Positions 17,713 through 26,546 of a stretch of 38,429 nt of DNA are shown one piece after another; position 1 is the first letter of the stretch, and the number at the start of each line of letters is the position of its first letter. This DNA is from a virus, in the IMG/VR virus record IMGVR_UViG_3300045988_155207, positions 1-38,429 of that record. One strand, 5' to 3'. The notes beneath the pieces are model-generated. The model did no database searches and was not told the DNA's origin. It worked only from the letters and a program-made list of their open reading frames with translations. A program made the translations under genes and the position numbers.

Positions 17713-18913
17713 TCAGCAAGCGGCGTTTGAAAAGCTCTCACGGCTCAAAGTCGGTGCGCTGTTCATGGAGATGGGGACGGGCAAGACGAAAGTCGCGCTC
17801 GACCTCATAGCCTCAAAGCGGCACAAAGTCGATTATATCCTGTGGATTTGCCCGTACTCGCTCAAAAGCGAGATTGAGGCGGAGCGGAAGAAATGGCACG
17901 CTGATTTAAGGCTTGATATTGTCGGGTGTGAAAGTATTGGGTCAAGTGACAGAATATACCTTGAAACGCTCCGAAAGGTAGCGGGTCGGCGGGCGTTTAT
18001 AGTCGTTGACGAGAGCCTGAAAATAAAAAACCGCGAGGCAAAGCGCACGGAACGAATTTTGCGGCTGGGGGAAACGGCAGAATACAAGCTGATCTTGAAC
18101 GGAACGCCGTTATCAAAAAACGTGCTCGATTTGTGGACGCAAATGCAATTCCTTTCTCCGAAAATCCTGAATATGAATTACAATCAGTTCAAGAATACGT
18201 ATTGCGAGTATTACATTCGCGGACGGCTGAAAGGGCTTGTAAAAAAGCAACATAATGTTGAACATTTAATTGCGAAAATCGAGCCGTATATTTTCGATAG
18301 CGAGCTGGAACTTGGCAAGCGAAAGAATTATATCGACTATACCTACAAAATGGACGACCTCGCGGGATATGATGAATTAAAAATGAGCTACTTGCAAGCC
18401 CCGATATTCGACTTTATGGCGGTTTCGCAGGTTCTACAACAGCACTATTGCAAAAGCGGGGGAAAAGCCGAAATAATCGAAAATTTGATAAATGAGATAA
18501 ACGAACAAGTTATAGTGTTTGTCAAGTATTTGAGCAGTATTCCGAAAGGGGCAGCGGCTTTAATCGGAGATATGAACGAGCGGGAGCGCGAGGCGGTTAT
18601 AAACGGTTTTCGCGCGGGCAAAATCAAAGTTTTGTATGTGACATACGGGTGCGGGGCTTTCGGGCTTAATCTTCAATGTTGCAAGTATATGATATTTGCC
18701 GACCATACCTTTGACTATGCCCAGCGCATACAGGCAGAGGCGCGAATTTTCCGTCTCGGGCAAGCCGATGACGTGCATTATTACAGCTTGTGGTGTAATT
18801 GTGGACTGGAACGCCTTATAAAAGGCAGTTTAGACAAGAAAACAAGCCTCTTGAATGAGGTTAAAAAAGAAATTGATAAAAAAGGAGCGGATAAATGGCT
18901 AAGAAGTATTTGA
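17705..18913 (+). CDS. SNF2-family (SF2) ATPase/helicase, compact form
   Basis: 402 aa. Walker A GTGKT, motif II VVDESLKIKN, LNGTPL, and C-terminal helicase motifs (...GFRAGKIKVLYVT..GLNLQ...ARIFRLGQ). Confidence 0.75.
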   Translation: MNNQQAAFEKLSRLKVGALFMEMGTGKTKVALDLIASKRHKVDYILWICPYSLKSEIEAERKKWHADLRLDIVGCESIGSSDRIYLETLRKVAGRRAFIVVDESLKIKNREAKRTERILRLGETAEYKLILNGTPLSKNVLDLWTQMQFLSPKILNMNYNQFKNTYCEYYIRGRLKGLVKKQHNVEHLIAKIEPYIFDSELELGKRKNYIDYTYKMDDLAGYDELKMSYLQAPIFDFMAVSQVLQQHYCKSGGKAEIIENLINEINEQVIVFVKYLSSIPKGAAALIGDMNEREREAVINGFRAGKIKVLYVTYGCGAFGLNLQCCKYMIFADHTFDYAQRIQAEARIFRLGQADDVHYYSLWCNCGLERLIKGSLDKKTSLLNEVKKEIDKKGADKWLRSI

Positions 18914-20202
18914 AAAAGAATGTTTACGACGCAGCGCGCGAGCGTATAGCAGTTGCATTTCGTGACTTCGATAATGTACTTGTAGCGTTTTCGGGCGGCA
19001 AAGATAGCGGCGTTTTGCTTAATCTCTGCTATGACTATGCGAAAGAAAACGGACTGCTGGACAAAATGGCTATGTATTACGAGGATTACGAGGGCGGTTA
19101 TAACCTGACCGCTGAATATGTGGAGCGGACTTTCAACGGCTTTGAGGGCATAAAAAAGTATTGGCTTTGCCTGCCGATAAAGGCGCGCTGCTCGGTGTCT
19201 ATGTTTCAAACGCATTGGACGCCGTGGGACAGGGATTGCCGCGACATATGGATAAGGGAATACCCGAAAAGCCCGTATCTGATAACCGAGGACAACAGCC
19301 CGTTTGAGTTTGTGAAAAATACAAGCGGTTTTGATACTCGCGTGCTATTCTCAAAGTGGTTTTCAAATACTTACGGCAAGACTGCCGTAATGGTCGGCAT
19401 AAGAGCAGATGAAAGCCTTTCGCGCCTTGCAATTATCACGAGCGGGCAGCGGAAATATATGCACGCTGGACTGTCATATACGAAAACGATTGACGAAAAC
19501 ACCGTGAATTTTTACCCGATTTACGATTGGACGACCGCCGACGTGTGGATCGGCAACGCAAAAATGGGCTGGGATTATAATAGGCTTTACGACCTGTTTT
19601 ATCAGGCGGGGCTGTCAATCGACCAAATGCGAGTTGCAAGCCCGTTTCACGATTGCGGACAAGCGAATTTGAAGCTGTTCCGCGTGATAGAGCCGCAGAC
19701 GTGGGGGCGTATGGTGAGCCGTGTCAACGGCGTGAATTTTACGGGCATATATGGCGGCACTACCGCTATGGGCTGGAAGAACATAAAAAAGCCCGAGCAT
19801 TTCACGTGGAAAGAGTATATGGAGTTTTTGCTTTCCACTCTGCCCGAAGAAACGCGCAAGCGGTATGAGCAGAAGTTTGAAAAAAGCAAGTGGCATTGGC
19901 GTGTTCAAGGCGGCGCGCGCAGCGAGGAGTTTATCAAGCAGCTGGAAGCCGAGGGCGCATCGATACGTCGGAGTGGGCGCACGTCAAAGGCTTGTAAGGT
20001 CAATACTGACCGCGAAGTCGTATATATTGACGACTGGATAGACGATACCAGCGTCGAGGAGTTCCGCAAGGCTCCGACGTACAAGCGCGCCTGCATAGCA
20101 ATTCTGAAAAACGACGTGCAATGCCTTTACTGCGGTTTCAGCAGGACAAAGAGCGAGGAAGAAAAACGCCGCAAAGCGTTAGAAAAGTATAAAAATTTAT
20201 AG
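18895..20202 (+). CDS. PAPS-reductase-family PP-loop protein with DUF3440-like C-terminus (IbrA/DndC-like)
   Basis: 435 aa. SGGKDS PP-loop motif near the N-terminus, plus the size and architecture of IbrA-like proteins. Confidence 0.65.
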   Translation: MAKKYLKKNVYDAARERIAVAFRDFDNVLVAFSGGKDSGVLLNLCYDYAKENGLLDKMAMYYEDYEGGYNLTAEYVERTFNGFEGIKKYWLCLPIKARCSVSMFQTHWTPWDRDCRDIWIREYPKSPYLITEDNSPFEFVKNTSGFDTRVLFSKWFSNTYGKTAVMVGIRADESLSRLAIITSGQRKYMHAGLSYTKTIDENTVNFYPIYDWTTADVWIGNAKMGWDYNRLYDLFYQAGLSIDQMRVASPFHDCGQANLKLFRVIEPQTWGRMVSRVNGVNFTGIYGGTTAMGWKNIKKPEHFTWKEYMEFLLSTLPEETRKRYEQKFEKSKWHWRVQGGARSEEFIKQLEAEGASIRRSGRTSKACKVNTDREVVYIDDWIDDTSVEEFRKAPTYKRACIAILKNDVQCLYCGFSRTKSEEEKRRKALEKYKNL

Positions 20203-20214
20203 GAGAAAGGAGCA

Positions 20215-20727
20215 ATGTATCAATCACCCGTTTACTCGGTTATCGCTGTGCCGATTGAAAAAATACAAGCGAATGCATACAACCCGAACGCGGTTGCGCC
20301 GCCCGAAATGAAGCTGCTGTATCAGTCAATCAAGGAAGACGGCTATACAATGCCGATTGTATGTTATTATCTGAAAGAGCAGGACAAATACGAGATAGTG
20401 GACGGCTTTCACCGTTACCGCACAATGCTTGAACACAAGGACATTTACGACCGAGAGGGCGGCAAGCTGCCCGTCGTCGTGATAGACAAGGATATTTCCA
20501 ACAGAATGGCAAGCACGATCCGCCACAACCGCGCACGCGGCACGCACTCAATCGAGCTGATGACAAATATCGTCGCGGAGCTGGTAGAGGGGGGAATGTC
20601 CGACGCGTGGATAATGAAAAATATCGGAATGGACGCGGACGAACTGCTGCGCCTGAAACAAATCAGCGGGCTTGCCGCGCTGTTCAAAGATAAAGATTTT
20701 ACAAACGCTTGGGAGGTAGGAAAATGA
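20215..20727 (+). CDS. ParB/Srx-fold nuclease-like domain protein (IbrB/DndB-like)
   Basis: 170 aa with the motifs ANAYNPN and IVDGFHRYRT (DGxHR). Confidence 0.65.
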   Translation: MYQSPVYSVIAVPIEKIQANAYNPNAVAPPEMKLLYQSIKEDGYTMPIVCYYLKEQDKYEIVDGFHRYRTMLEHKDIYDREGGKLPVVVIDKDISNRMASTIRHNRARGTHSIELMTNIVAELVEGGMSDAWIMKNIGMDADELLRLKQISGLAALFKDKDFTNAWEVGK

Positions 20728-20851
20728 AAAATAAAGAGGCAATAAAGCGCGCGACGGGTGCTATTCAAAGCGGACGAGCTTGCAGAAATGGCGGGCGGGA
20801 TTTATCCGCTGTTATTTTGTCGAGCAATCGAAATTATAAAGGAGGGCGATA

Positions 20852-20974
20852 AATGCGGTTGTGGCACATAGACCTTATCCCGGTACTCCCACGTCAGCAG
20901 TTAACGGCGGATGGACTTTTCGCTGCAAAGAGGGACTTTTATGGAAATGTATTATATATTATACATCACTTTTA
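20852..20974 (+). pseudogene. Truncated remnant of a pyrimidine-dimer DNA glycosylase-like gene (N-terminal 40 codons only)
   Basis: MRLWHIDLIPVLPRQQL matches the conserved N-terminus of endonuclease-V/TIGR02328-like proteins. The ORF stops after 40 aa and is followed by a promoter. Confidence 0.35.
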
Positions 20975-21003
20975 AAAAAAAATAAAAAAATATAAAAAAA
21001 TAG

Positions 21004-21032
21004 TTGACATTTTATTTTTTTTATTGTATAAT
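21004..21032 (+). promoter_or_regulatory. Promoter TTGACA (21004-21009)-17-TATAAT (21027-21032) with long A-tract UP region
   Basis: Perfect consensus. Confidence 0.7.
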
Positions 21033-21079
21033 ATATTTGTAAATAAGAGATGAGGAAAACACCTCAAAGGAGTTAAAAA

Positions 21080-21454
21080 ATGTATAAAGATTATTGTTAT
21101 ATCAATGCTGGCGAGAACGAAGTTTACAGATATGGCAAGAAAGCACAATCGAAAGTAAAGGCGGCTATGGTTGCTAACGATAAGGGCTACTATTCAATAG
21201 CGGCAGACGGCGGCAGATATTGGACGATTGGAACAAGCGAAGGCAAGTTTGGCGAGTTTGCAAAGTTTCAAGACAACTTCTTTTCTGTAAATAGTGCAGG
21301 ATATGTTTATGCAAAAGCCGAAACGGAAAAGGGTAGTAAGTTTTTGAAAATGCTTGAAAGAATGCTTGAAAAAATGGTTCAACTCAACGATGAGCGTTTA
21401 AAAAATTGTAATGCTTACAATGACGAAGAAGAAGACGACGAGTGCGAATGTTAA
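21080..21454 (+). CDS. Hypothetical protein with acidic Cys-containing C-terminus (DEEEDDECEC)
   Basis: 124 aa, AAGGAG RBS. Confidence 0.5.
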   Translation: MYKDYCYINAGENEVYRYGKKAQSKVKAAMVANDKGYYSIAADGGRYWTIGTSEGKFGEFAKFQDNFFSVNSAGYVYAKAETEKGSKFLKMLERMLEKMVQLNDERLKNCNAYNDEEEDDECEC

Positions 21455-21652
21455 TTTAATTTTAAAGGAGTTAAAAAAATGAAAATTAAGTATGAAGTTT
21501 GCAATATTGTGGCTCTGTTCACGGAGTGCCGCTATTTGAACATCACTGCAAGTTTCTTTTGAAAAATGAATATGACGAAGACGGAGAGTGGGTTGACGGC
21601 GGGGATTGGTGTCTTTCGGAATTTCCAAATTATAAAGAGGAGGTGTGACGAT

Positions 21653-21814
21653 ATGAAATATTGTGATTTTGAAAAACTTGCTTATTTGTGCCAAAAGTAT
21701 GGCTTTAAAACGATGGGCGATATTGTTTTGTTTCTTAAAAAACATGACTTGAATATATATGAATTTTTTGAAATTTTGAAAAAAGGAGGTGAGAAAGTTG
21801 AAAATGCTTTCTGA
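21653..21814 (+). CDS. Small hypothetical protein
   Basis: ATG at 21653 with GAGGAGG RBS. The track ORF start at 21566 has no RBS. Confidence 0.4.
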   Translation: MKYCDFEKLAYLCQKYGFKTMGDIVLFLKKHDLNIYEFFEILKKGGEKVENAF

Positions 21815-21998
21815 ACGTATTTTAGATTTTAGAGCTAAAAAAAATATATCTGCAAAGACATTCGCCGAAATGTGCCACTTGACTGCTCAAACTATATACA
21901 ATATAGAAAATAATTTGCAAAATCCGAGCAAAATAACGAAGTTGAAGATTGAGAAAGTTTTAAAGGAGGAAGAAAAAAATGAAACTGTCTGCTTCTAA
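21804..21998 (+). CDS. XRE-family HTH transcriptional regulator (Cro/CI-like)
   Basis: ATG at 21804. AKTFAEMCHLTAQTIYNIENN fits an HTH_3 helix-turn-helix. Confidence 0.5.
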   Translation: MLSERILDFRAKKNISAKTFAEMCHLTAQTIYNIENNLQNPSKITKLKIEKVLKEEEKNETVCF

Positions 21999-22788
21999 AA
22001 TAAAATGCTACAAGTCCTGCAAGCGTGCTTATTTTTTCAAATATATAGAAGAACTTGTACCGGTACAGGACGCAGAGCCGCTTGTAGCTGGAAAAACTTA
22101 TCACTCTATGATTGAAAACCTATATAAGACAGGAGGGGTTGAAGTTGATGTCGAAAATAATCCTAAAATTTCGGCAATGGCAAAAGCCTATGAAAAATAT
22201 ATTTATCCTAAGTTTTCTGTTGTAGAAACAGAAAAAGAGTTTGAGTTTAATTTTTCAGAAGATATAAGTCTTGTAGGAAGATTTGACGGCATAGCGGAGG
22301 ACGGTTGCGTGGTTGAGCATAAGACAACCTCTCAAGATATTGACGAGGAGTACATTTACAACTTACAATGGGACGAACAGATTTTGACTTATATGCTCGC
22401 AAGTGGCAAGAATGAAATGTATTACACCGTCTGCAAAAAGCCAACCATTCGGCAGAAACAGAACGAAACAGCGGAAGAGTATTACGAGCGTTGCTGTGCG
22501 TGGTATGCAGAGGACACGGACAAAAAAATCCGCGTTATCAAAGTAACACGCAACGAAAAGGAAGTGCAGGAGCATAAAGCTCTTTTACGGCATATGGCAA
22601 GCATTATGTTCGTCGATGAAGAAGATTACAAGTTCTTAAAGGATCACGGCGACACAAGTTGTGAGAATATATTTTACCGCAACTGTTCAAACTGCACGGC
22701 ATACGGGCGTAAGTGCGAGTTTGCGAGTATCTGCCTTGACTATGACCCGAAGCTTGAATACGTTGAATTTAAGAAAAAGGAGCAATAA
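21979..22788 (+). CDS. PD-(D/E)XK exonuclease, Cas4/RecB-like with C-terminal Cys cluster
   Basis: 269 aa. LSASKIKCYKSCKRAYFFKYI N-terminus, GRFDGIAEDGCVVEHKT (D..E.K), and a C-terminal C..C..C....C cluster. Confidence 0.7.
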   Translation: MKLSASKIKCYKSCKRAYFFKYIEELVPVQDAEPLVAGKTYHSMIENLYKTGGVEVDVENNPKISAMAKAYEKYIYPKFSVVETEKEFEFNFSEDISLVGRFDGIAEDGCVVEHKTTSQDIDEEYIYNLQWDEQILTYMLASGKNEMYYTVCKKPTIRQKQNETAEEYYERCCAWYAEDTDKKIRVIKVTRNEKEVQEHKALLRHMASIMFVDEEDYKFLKDHGDTSCENIFYRNCSNCTAYGRKCEFASICLDYDPKLEYVEFKKKEQ

Positions 22789-22790
22789 GT

Positions 22791-23159
22791 ATGCGAGAAA
22801 TTTTATTTCGAGGTAAGAGTGTTTATAACGGAGAGTGGATTGAAGGTAGTTATTATCATTGTTGCGGAACAGCATACGGTTCTACATTTATTGTAGTAAA
22901 TGATTTTGGTTTTATTGAAGTTATACCGCACACAGTCGGACAATACACAGGATTAACCGATAAGAACGGAAAAAAGATTTTTGAAGGGGATATTGTAAAA
23001 AATTCAAGAGATGTTGGACTTCTGTATTATAAAGAAAAAAACTCTGCATTTACCGTAAAAGGTTGGGAATATGGTTATTGGTTATGGCACGATAAAAAAG
23101 AAGATATTGAAGTAATCGGAAATATTTACGACAACAAAGATTTATTAAAGGAGGATTAA
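22791..23159 (+). CDS. YopX-family protein
   Basis: 122 aa. MREILFRGK...GEWIEG...TVGQYTGLTDKNGKKIFEGDIV is characteristic of YopX. Confidence 0.7.
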   Translation: MREILFRGKSVYNGEWIEGSYYHCCGTAYGSTFIVVNDFGFIEVIPHTVGQYTGLTDKNGKKIFEGDIVKNSRDVGLLYYKEKNSAFTVKGWEYGYWLWHDKKEDIEVIGNIYDNKDLLKED

Positions 23160-23161
23160 AA

Positions 23162-23872
23162 ATGTATCAAAATCTTGAAGAGCTTACTCAAAAGAAAGAA
23201 CCTTACACGGCGTTGCTGTATTGTGCGCCTGGTGTGGGCAAGAGTACCGCGATAGGGCTTATCGCAGAACGGAGCGAAGGGCGTACGCTTGTGCTGGATA
23301 TTGACCGTACAATCGTTAAGACCCTTGCAAAGCACGAAGTCGTGAAAGACCTGTCGAAAATCGATGTGGAGCGTATCGATAATATCCACACATGGGACGA
23401 TTGGTCGAAGAAACTCGCCGAACTTGGCAAACTGAAAGAAGCGGGAAAGCTCGAATACAGCACAATCGCTGTCGATAACATCAGCGAGTTGGAACGTTGC
23501 ATTCTGTCCGACCTCGGCAGTCAGGGCAAGAATAAGGGCGTGCCTGCACAAGCCGACTATCAGTATATGCAGTTTAAGCTCGTGAACAGCTTGCGCTATT
23601 TGAAGTCGCTCGGAGTTAATGTGGTGCTTACCGCGTGGGAAACGGTGCGGGATATAGTCCACCCCGACGGCACAAGCTATTCGCAGTTCATTCCGAAAAT
23701 CTCGCTGAAAATCGTCGATAACATCTGCGGGCTTTGCGACGTAGTCGGCAAGATTTTGGCAAAGCAAGACGGCACGAGGGGCATTGTGTTAGAGGCAACG
23801 CAGAGCATTTACGCAAAAAATCAAATTGACAGCAGAAAGGGCTGTTTGGTTGAAAATTTTATTGAGGAGTAA
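23162..23872 (+). CDS. AAA_24-family ATPase (Sak4-like recombination protein)
   Basis: 236 aa. Walker A CAPGVGKST and Walker B IAVDNISELE. Confidence 0.6.
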   Translation: MYQNLEELTQKKEPYTALLYCAPGVGKSTAIGLIAERSEGRTLVLDIDRTIVKTLAKHEVVKDLSKIDVERIDNIHTWDDWSKKLAELGKLKEAGKLEYSTIAVDNISELERCILSDLGSQGKNKGVPAQADYQYMQFKLVNSLRYLKSLGVNVVLTAWETVRDIVHPDGTSYSQFIPKISLKIVDNICGLCDVVGKILAKQDGTRGIVLEATQSIYAKNQIDSRKGCLVENFIEE

Positions 23873-23877
23873 AAAAA

Positions 23878-24312
23878 ATGGATTGGAAATTTGAAAGAGA
23901 AGAAAGCAAGGTTTTTGAAGAGATTCCCGTTGGTGAACACAGGGTGCGCATTGCAAACGCCGAAAAGGCAGTTAGCAAATCGGGAAAGGACATGCTCGTA
24001 CTTACGCTTGACGTTAGCGGCTATAAGTCAAGGCTATGGCACTATGTCGTTTTTATGCCGGAACAGCCTCAAATAACAAATAGAAACCTTACGGCGATAT
24101 TCGATAGTTTTGGCATCGCTGATGGCGATTTTAACCTCAAAAATTGGATTGGCAAGGTTGGTGGTTGTTCCACTAAAAAAGATGATTTTGGAACAAAAAT
24201 AAGATACTTTTTAAATAAGAAACAGCAAGAAAAATTAAGTGCTTGGGTTGAACCCAATGAAGGTCTTTCTGCACTTCATAAAGTTGAAGATGATGAAGAG
24301 CTGCCGTTTTAG
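23878..24312 (+). CDS. DUF669-like protein (putative ssDNA-binding partner of Sak4)
   Basis: 144 aa, immediately downstream of the AAA_24 gene. Confidence 0.4.
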   Translation: MDWKFEREESKVFEEIPVGEHRVRIANAEKAVSKSGKDMLVLTLDVSGYKSRLWHYVVFMPEQPQITNRNLTAIFDSFGIADGDFNLKNWIGKVGGCSTKKDDFGTKIRYFLNKKQQEKLSAWVEPNEGLSALHKVEDDEELPF

Positions 24313-24325
24313 GCTTTTAAAATTG

Positions 24326-24348
24326 GAGGGCTAAACAATTTAGCCCTC
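24326..24348 (+). other. Perfect 10-bp stem / 3-nt loop hairpin (GAGGGCTAAA-CAA-TTTAGCCCTC) in an intergenic region
   Basis: Lies between the DUF669 and resolvase genes and is followed by TATTTAG. Could be an attenuator or processing/stability element. Confidence 0.4.
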
Positions 24349-24368
24349 TATTTAGAAAACGAGGAAAA

Positions 24369-24743
24369 ATGAATAATAAAAAACTTGGCACAGCCTTTGA
24401 GCGTGAGTTTTGTGAGCTGTTAGCCGCTCGCGGGTTTTGGGTGCATTTTATGTCGCCCTCCGCGAGCGGGGCGCAGCCCTGCGATATAATCGCGTGCAGA
24501 AACAACACGCCGTATCTGTTTGACTGCAAGACGTGTGAGAAAGACACCTTCCACATATCACGGTTGGAAGACAATCAGCGTTTGGCATTTCAGCGTTTCG
24601 ATAAAACGGGCAACGACCTTGCTTTCGTCGCAGTAAAGCATGATGGAAAGATTTATTTCGTACCGTACTATATGCTCGTAAAATTGCAGAGCATAAAGCT
24701 GGACGCGGCTATTTCAGCCGATAACTGGGAGTTTTGGAAATGA
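24369..24743 (+). CDS. Holliday-junction resolvase, Hjc-like PD-(D/E)XK
   Basis: 124 aa. GTAFEREFCELLAARGFWV resembles the archaeal Hjc motif. Confidence 0.55.
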   Translation: MNNKKLGTAFEREFCELLAARGFWVHFMSPSASGAQPCDIIACRNNTPYLFDCKTCEKDTFHISRLEDNQRLAFQRFDKTGNDLAFVAVKHDGKIYFVPYYMLVKLQSIKLDAAISADNWEFWK

Positions 24744-26140
24744 AATTTATTTTGGCGAACAAAGTTATAATCGAAGACCCGACCCCCGAGATGTTAGCGT
24801 ACTGTAAAAGTACGCTTTCATTTCCTAACCCCGATTATCTCAAAAGAGAGGAAAAGGGGAAATGGACGGGCAACACACAGCGCGAAATCGTGCTATTTGA
24901 GCGAGCGGGCAATCGGCTTTATCTCCCGTTCGGTACTTGCAAAAACATTTACTTGCGATTTAAAAAAGATATAACGCGCGTAGAAAGCCTTATTTGCCCC
25001 TTACGCGCCCGTGAGTATGGTAGCCATATAAATTTATACGGATACCAACAAAACGCCGTAGAAGCCGTTTTACGGGCTAAAAACGGCATACTCGTTGCGC
25101 CGTGCGGAAGTGGCAAGACGCAAATGGGGCTGGAAGCCGTTGCGAGGATAGGCGGTAAGACGTTGTGGGTTGCGCACACGACAGACCTTTTTACGCAGAG
25201 TATGAACAGGGCAAAGCAATGCTTCGGGCTGCCTGCGAGTGAATACGGCACGATAACGGCGGGGAAAGTAGACATCGGGAATACGATAACGTTCGCGACA
25301 GTACAAACGGCGTGCAATATCGATTTATCACAGTATCGTGACGAATGGGATTGCGTCATTGTAGACGAGTGCCATAAATGCGTAGGGTCACCCACGCGCA
25401 TGATGATGTTTTACAAGGTACTTTCCGCACTTTCAGCGCGTTACAAAATAGGGCTGACCGCCACGCCGTATCGCGCGGACGGATTAGAGCGTTGTATGTT
25501 TGCCTTGCTCGGAGATATTATCCACAAAGTGCCGCAAAGCGCAGTCGCGGGGAATACCGTGCCCGTGAGGGTGAAATTCGTTAGCACGAATTACACCCCC
25601 TGTATTGACAACATAACCGATGGCGACGGTACGCTGAATTACGCGAAGTTAATCAGCGATATTACGGAGAATGTCAAAAGGAATGAGGTTATTATTCAAC
25701 AAATATTCGAGGCGTCAAGAAACGGTGCAGTACTTGTATTATCAGATAGGATAAATCACCTCGAAGATTTAGAAACGGAAATCACTATGTACTCGCCATA
25801 TAACATAAAATGCGCTCGGCTCGGCATTGCCTCCACAAAGGCAGAAAAGGAACGCCGTGCAAGAATACTCACGGACTTGAACAACGGGGCGTTAAATGTC
25901 GTTTTTGCGACGTACAAGCTGGCGAAAGAGGGGCTGGACGTACCGAACCTGCGCACGGTGGTTTTTGCCACGCCGCAGAAAGACAAGACGACCGTCATAC
26001 AATCGGCAGGACGTGTGGCGCGGAAGGCAGACGGAAAAGATTTCGGCACAGTCATTGATTTTTCCGACAATTTCGGCTTGCTTTATAGCTACGAACGAAA
26101 ACGCAAAAATTTTTACAAAAAGTTTGGTTACATTTATTGA
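24740..26140 (+). CDS. DEAD/DEAH-box SF2 DNA helicase
   Basis: ATG at 24740. Motifs ILVAPCGSGKT, VIVDECHK and GLTATP, plus a helicase C domain. Confidence 0.75.
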   Translation: MKFILANKVIIEDPTPEMLAYCKSTLSFPNPDYLKREEKGKWTGNTQREIVLFERAGNRLYLPFGTCKNIYLRFKKDITRVESLICPLRAREYGSHINLYGYQQNAVEAVLRAKNGILVAPCGSGKTQMGLEAVARIGGKTLWVAHTTDLFTQSMNRAKQCFGLPASEYGTITAGKVDIGNTITFATVQTACNIDLSQYRDEWDCVIVDECHKCVGSPTRMMMFYKVLSALSARYKIGLTATPYRADGLERCMFALLGDIIHKVPQSAVAGNTVPVRVKFVSTNYTPCIDNITDGDGTLNYAKLISDITENVKRNEVIIQQIFEASRNGAVLVLSDRINHLEDLETEITMYSPYNIKCARLGIASTKAEKERRARILTDLNNGALNVVFATYKLAKEGLDVPNLRTVVFATPQKDKTTVIQSAGRVARKADGKDFGTVIDFSDNFGLLYSYERKRKNFYKKFGYIY

Positions 26141-26165
26141 CATTTACGCCCTTGTGTAGTATAAT
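26138..26165 (+). promoter_or_regulatory. Promoter TTGACA (26138-26143)-16-TATAAT (26160-26165)
   Basis: Consensus hexamers. Confidence 0.6.
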
Positions 26166-26209
26166 TGTATCAAATGAATATATTTCCATAACTTATATAT
26201 ATTTTTTTC

Positions 26210-26252
26210 GCTATATATAAAAGTTATAAGAAATGTATGAAGTATGATACAC
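26210..26252 (-). repeat. Inverted internal copy of the terminal-repeat core (matches 19-61 with 2 mismatches)
   Basis: The reverse complement of 26210-26252 is GTGTATCATACTTCATACATTTCTTATAACTTTTATATATAGC. Positions 19-61 read GTGTAGTATACTTCATACATTTCTTATAACTTTTATATATAGC. Confidence 0.8.
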
Positions 26253-26276
26253 TTAAAAAAGGAGTAGGAAAGAAAA

Positions 26277-26546
26277 ATGAAGTATCTAATGGAATGCGGG
26301 CACGTTGCGAATGCATTTGACGCTGATGGCAAACCTATATGCATTATATGTTATGGCACCCGTGACGGTTATGACAAAGTAGTAAATGAAATAGATTGCA
26401 ATAACGACTATGTACTCAAAGGACGTCACGCAAGATGCTTATATTGCAATCGTACTGTCGATAGTAGCTGGAAGTTACCATTCTTCGAGTATTTTCCTAA
26501 CAAAATTTGTGATGAATATTATTGCGGCTGTGGAGGTTGGGATTGA
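26277..26546 (+). CDS. Cys-rich (zinc-binding) small protein
   Basis: 89 aa with CGH...CIIC...CLYC...CGCGGW. Confidence 0.5.
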   Translation: MKYLMECGHVANAFDADGKPICIICYGTRDGYDKVVNEIDCNNDYVLKGRHARCLYCNRTVDSSWKLPFFEYFPNKICDEYYCGCGGWD

